Under the pieces are notes generated by a model. It was not told the origin of the DNA. It saw only the letters and a list, made by a program, of their open reading frames with translations, and did not search any database. The translations under genes were made by a program, and so were the position numbers. This document shows positions 61,540 to 64,000 of a stretch of DNA of 64,000 bases, one piece after another. This DNA comes from Vicugna vicugna (Eukaryota), in NCBI GenBank assembly GCA_013265495.1, contig MU058065.1, positions 6,200,302 to 6,264,301 on the forward strand, read 5' to 3'. Position 1 is the stretch's first letter. Each line of letters starts with the position of its first letter.

Positions 61540-63262
61540 CTAGAGAAATATTGTAAGATTTCCTCCTGATATTAAGACCAAGACAAGAATGTCACTATTA
61601 TTACTTCTATTCAACATTATACTGGAGATCTGAGCTAAAAAGAAATAAAAGGTATAAGGATGGAAAGAAAACTTTATTATTGAGAGAGCACATGATTATA
61701 CATGAAGAAAGTAAGAAAACAATGTACAAAACTAACAAAAGAGTTCATCAAGGTCAAAGACATAAGGGGCAATATTTAGAATTAATTGTATTTCTATATA
61801 TAAGCAATAATAATTAGAATTGAAACATTTAAAATCATGTCATTTATAATAGCATCAAAAAGCATCAAATATATAGGAATAAATCTAATAAAAAATATTC
61901 AAGATTCTACATGCAAAACTAGGAAACATTACTGAGAAAAATTAAAACCTAAATAAATGGAGGAAAAAATATGAATGGACTGTAAGACTCAATTTCCCCC
62001 AAATTTATGGATAGATTAAATGCAATCCCAGTCAAATTTCCAGTAGATGTTTCAGTGGAAATTGACAGGCTGATTCTAAAATTTATATGGAAATCAAATA
62101 GTCAAAATAGCAAAGACAATATTGAAGAAAAAGAAGTTGGAAGGCTTATCTTCCAGATAATCAGATATCAAAACTCATTAAAATTTAGAATAACTAAAAC
62201 AACACGGTTTTGGTACAAGAATAGACAAATGGAGCGAACTCCATGAACAGATCCCCAAATTTATGGTCACTTGATTTATGATAAAGGCCCTGTTCTAATA
62301 CCCTGGAGAAAGGATGATTTTTAAAAAAAATAAATGGTGCTATAAATCTTGTTTGGGGGCATGGGGGTTGGGGGAGGTAATTAGTTTATTTATTTATTTC
62401 TTAATGAGTACTGAGGATTGAACCCAAGGCCTTGTGGATGCTAAGCACAGTGCTCTACCACTGAGCTATACCCTCCCTCCAGCAATTATAAATATTAATC
62501 TCTTCTCCACATCATACACAAAAATCAGTTTTACATGTATCATAGACTGAATAAAGTTTCTTGATGATAACTTAAGAAAATATTTTCATGACTTTACAGT
62601 AGGCAAAGTTTTCATAAATAGGACATAAAATCACTAACCATATGAAAAACAATTGATAAATTGGACTACACTAAAATTAAGAACCTTTGTTTATCAAAAG
62701 TCATTATTGAGAGAATGAAAGAGAAACCCAGAGAGTGACAGAAGAAATACTATATATCTGCCAAAGGACTGGTTACAGAATATAAAATGTATACTAGAAT
62801 TATAAAAAGAATAAATCAATAAATAAAAGATAGACAACTCAATTTTTTAAACGGGTAAAACACTTGAACAGGAGTTTTATAAGTGGAAAGTCTAAATGGC
62901 CATGAAGCTTTCGAAAAGGAGCTAAACCTCATTAGACACTAGGAAAAATGTAATTTAAAACCACAGTGAGATTGCACTACATCCCATTAAAATGGCTAAA
63001 ATGAAAAAGAAGATATCAAGTGCTGGTAAGAATATGAGCAACAGAGAATCATACACTGCTGGTGAGAGTGTAAATTGATATAAGCATGATGGAAAACACT
63101 TTTGCAGTATCTACTAAAGCTGAACATATGTGTGTCCTGTGACCCAGCATCTTCACTTCTAGGTTTATACCTACAGAAATGCATATATATTCATCACAAG
63201 GCATATATTAGGGTGTGCTCAGCAAGAATATTGAAATAGCCCCATACCGGAAACTATCCTAA
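61540..63262 (+). mobile_element. Decayed L1 ORF2 3' part and 3' UTR
   Basis: ORF 62007-62246 (RLNAIPVKFP...LILKFIWK...FWYKNRQ) resembles L1 ORF2; 3' part has tgacccagca...cacttctaggtttatacc. Confidence 0.85.
62348..62486 (-). mobile_element. tRNA-Ala-derived SINE (camelid Vic-1-like) nested in the L1
   Basis: Minus strand GGGTATAGCTCAGTGGTAGAGCACTGTGCTTAGCATCCACAAGGCCTTGGGTTCAATCCTCAGTAC plus (AAAT)n tail; TATAAAT direct repeats at 62341 and 62487. Confidence 0.85.
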
Positions 63263-63269
63263 TGCCCAT

Positions 63270-63535
63270 TCTATTAGTTATCCATTGCTACATTAAAAAA
63301 ATCACCCTAAAACTCAGTGGCAAAATGATAAATATTATCTTACAGCCTCTGAGAACAGGAATTTGGGAGTGGCTTAGCTGCATGGTTCTGGTTCAGGGTT
63401 TCTCATTAGGTTGTAAAGAAGGTTACAAAGAGGGGACTGCCATCACTTACTGAGGCTGGAAGACTCACACCCAAACTCATTTATGTGGCTGTTGGCAGGA
63501 GGCCTCAGTTCCTTGGGGAGGGTTGGCCTCCCCAT
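63270..63535. mobile_element. MaLR (MLT1-type) LTR fragment
   Basis: attagttatccattgctac...aaaactcagtggc...caggaatttgggagtggcttagctg...ggttctggttcaggg. Confidence 0.65.
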
Positions 63536-64000
63536 AGTATTTATCCTGTTACCTTGCCTTGATTTTCTTCCTTAGAGATTTCCATTTACTGTGTTAAGTC
63601 TTACTTGCTTATTTTCAATATTTATAATTTTCTTTTTCTTTGAATCCTGTTTATCTCTTTGAAAATTTCATGTCAATTTCTAATGTTTTCTTCTTTTTCA
63701 CCTTCTATTCCTCTAAGGCATTATCTGCTGTGTTAAATTCACTCAAGTGTTTTTACAATTTAGCCATTCCTTTTGAAATCACTTTTTCGTTCATTTCTAA
63801 TTCTTTTCTGAGTTCTGTCACCTCATTTCAGAGTGTCTCTAACTTTGATTTATGTTGTTCTTTTGTATCTTGCATTATTTTAAACATCTTTTATCTTCTT
63901 TCTAAATAGTTAAGGTCACAGTTTTTATCCGCTCGGTGGGCATGTCTTTCTGGCATACTTTCTTTGCCTGTAGGTTCTGCTTATTATTGTGGTTCTGCTT

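Noticed and set aside
50000..64000. A further coding gene upstream of CDK5R2
   Set aside because: Only short ORFs, several explained by L1, MaLR or hAT remnants; no exon chain or CpG-island promoter seen.
1..64000. Prokaryote-type systems (CRISPR arrays, operons, defence islands)
   Set aside because: The sequence is intron-containing mammalian DNA; no regularly spaced repeat-spacer array was seen.

Overview
Mammalian genomic DNA, probably a camelid: two tRNA-Ala-derived SINEs resemble camelid Vic-1, and I saw no Alu- or BovA-type repeats. The window is orthologous to the human 2q35 cluster and contains, in order: (1) the last 14 coding exons of CFAP65/CCDC108 (+, ~737 aa, 1978-11655); (2) MIR375 (+, 12891-12954) with a TATA promoter; (3) CRYBA2 (+, 4 coding exons, 197 aa); (4) FEV/Pet-1 (+, 3 exons, 237 aa); (5) intronless CDK5R2/p39 (-, 369 aa); (6) ~14 kb of gene-free, repeat-rich sequence (L1, MaLR LTRs, a hAT fossil). 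All exon chains were assembled by hand and keep frame across GT-AG introns. I found no convincing new protein-coding system, and most ORF-track entries are noise. The most interesting unexplained structure is cis-regulatory: (a) three or four REST/RE1 motifs, two sharing an identical 18-bp core; (b) several RFX X-box palindromes; (c) a convergent set of CTCF motifs bracketing MIR375-CRYBA2-FEV; (d) an orphan promoter-like element 3' of CDK5R2; (e) a ~110-bp local duplication flanking CDK5R2. Together these suggest a co-regulated neuroendocrine gene module (inference). Repeat boundaries and family calls are by eye and approximate.
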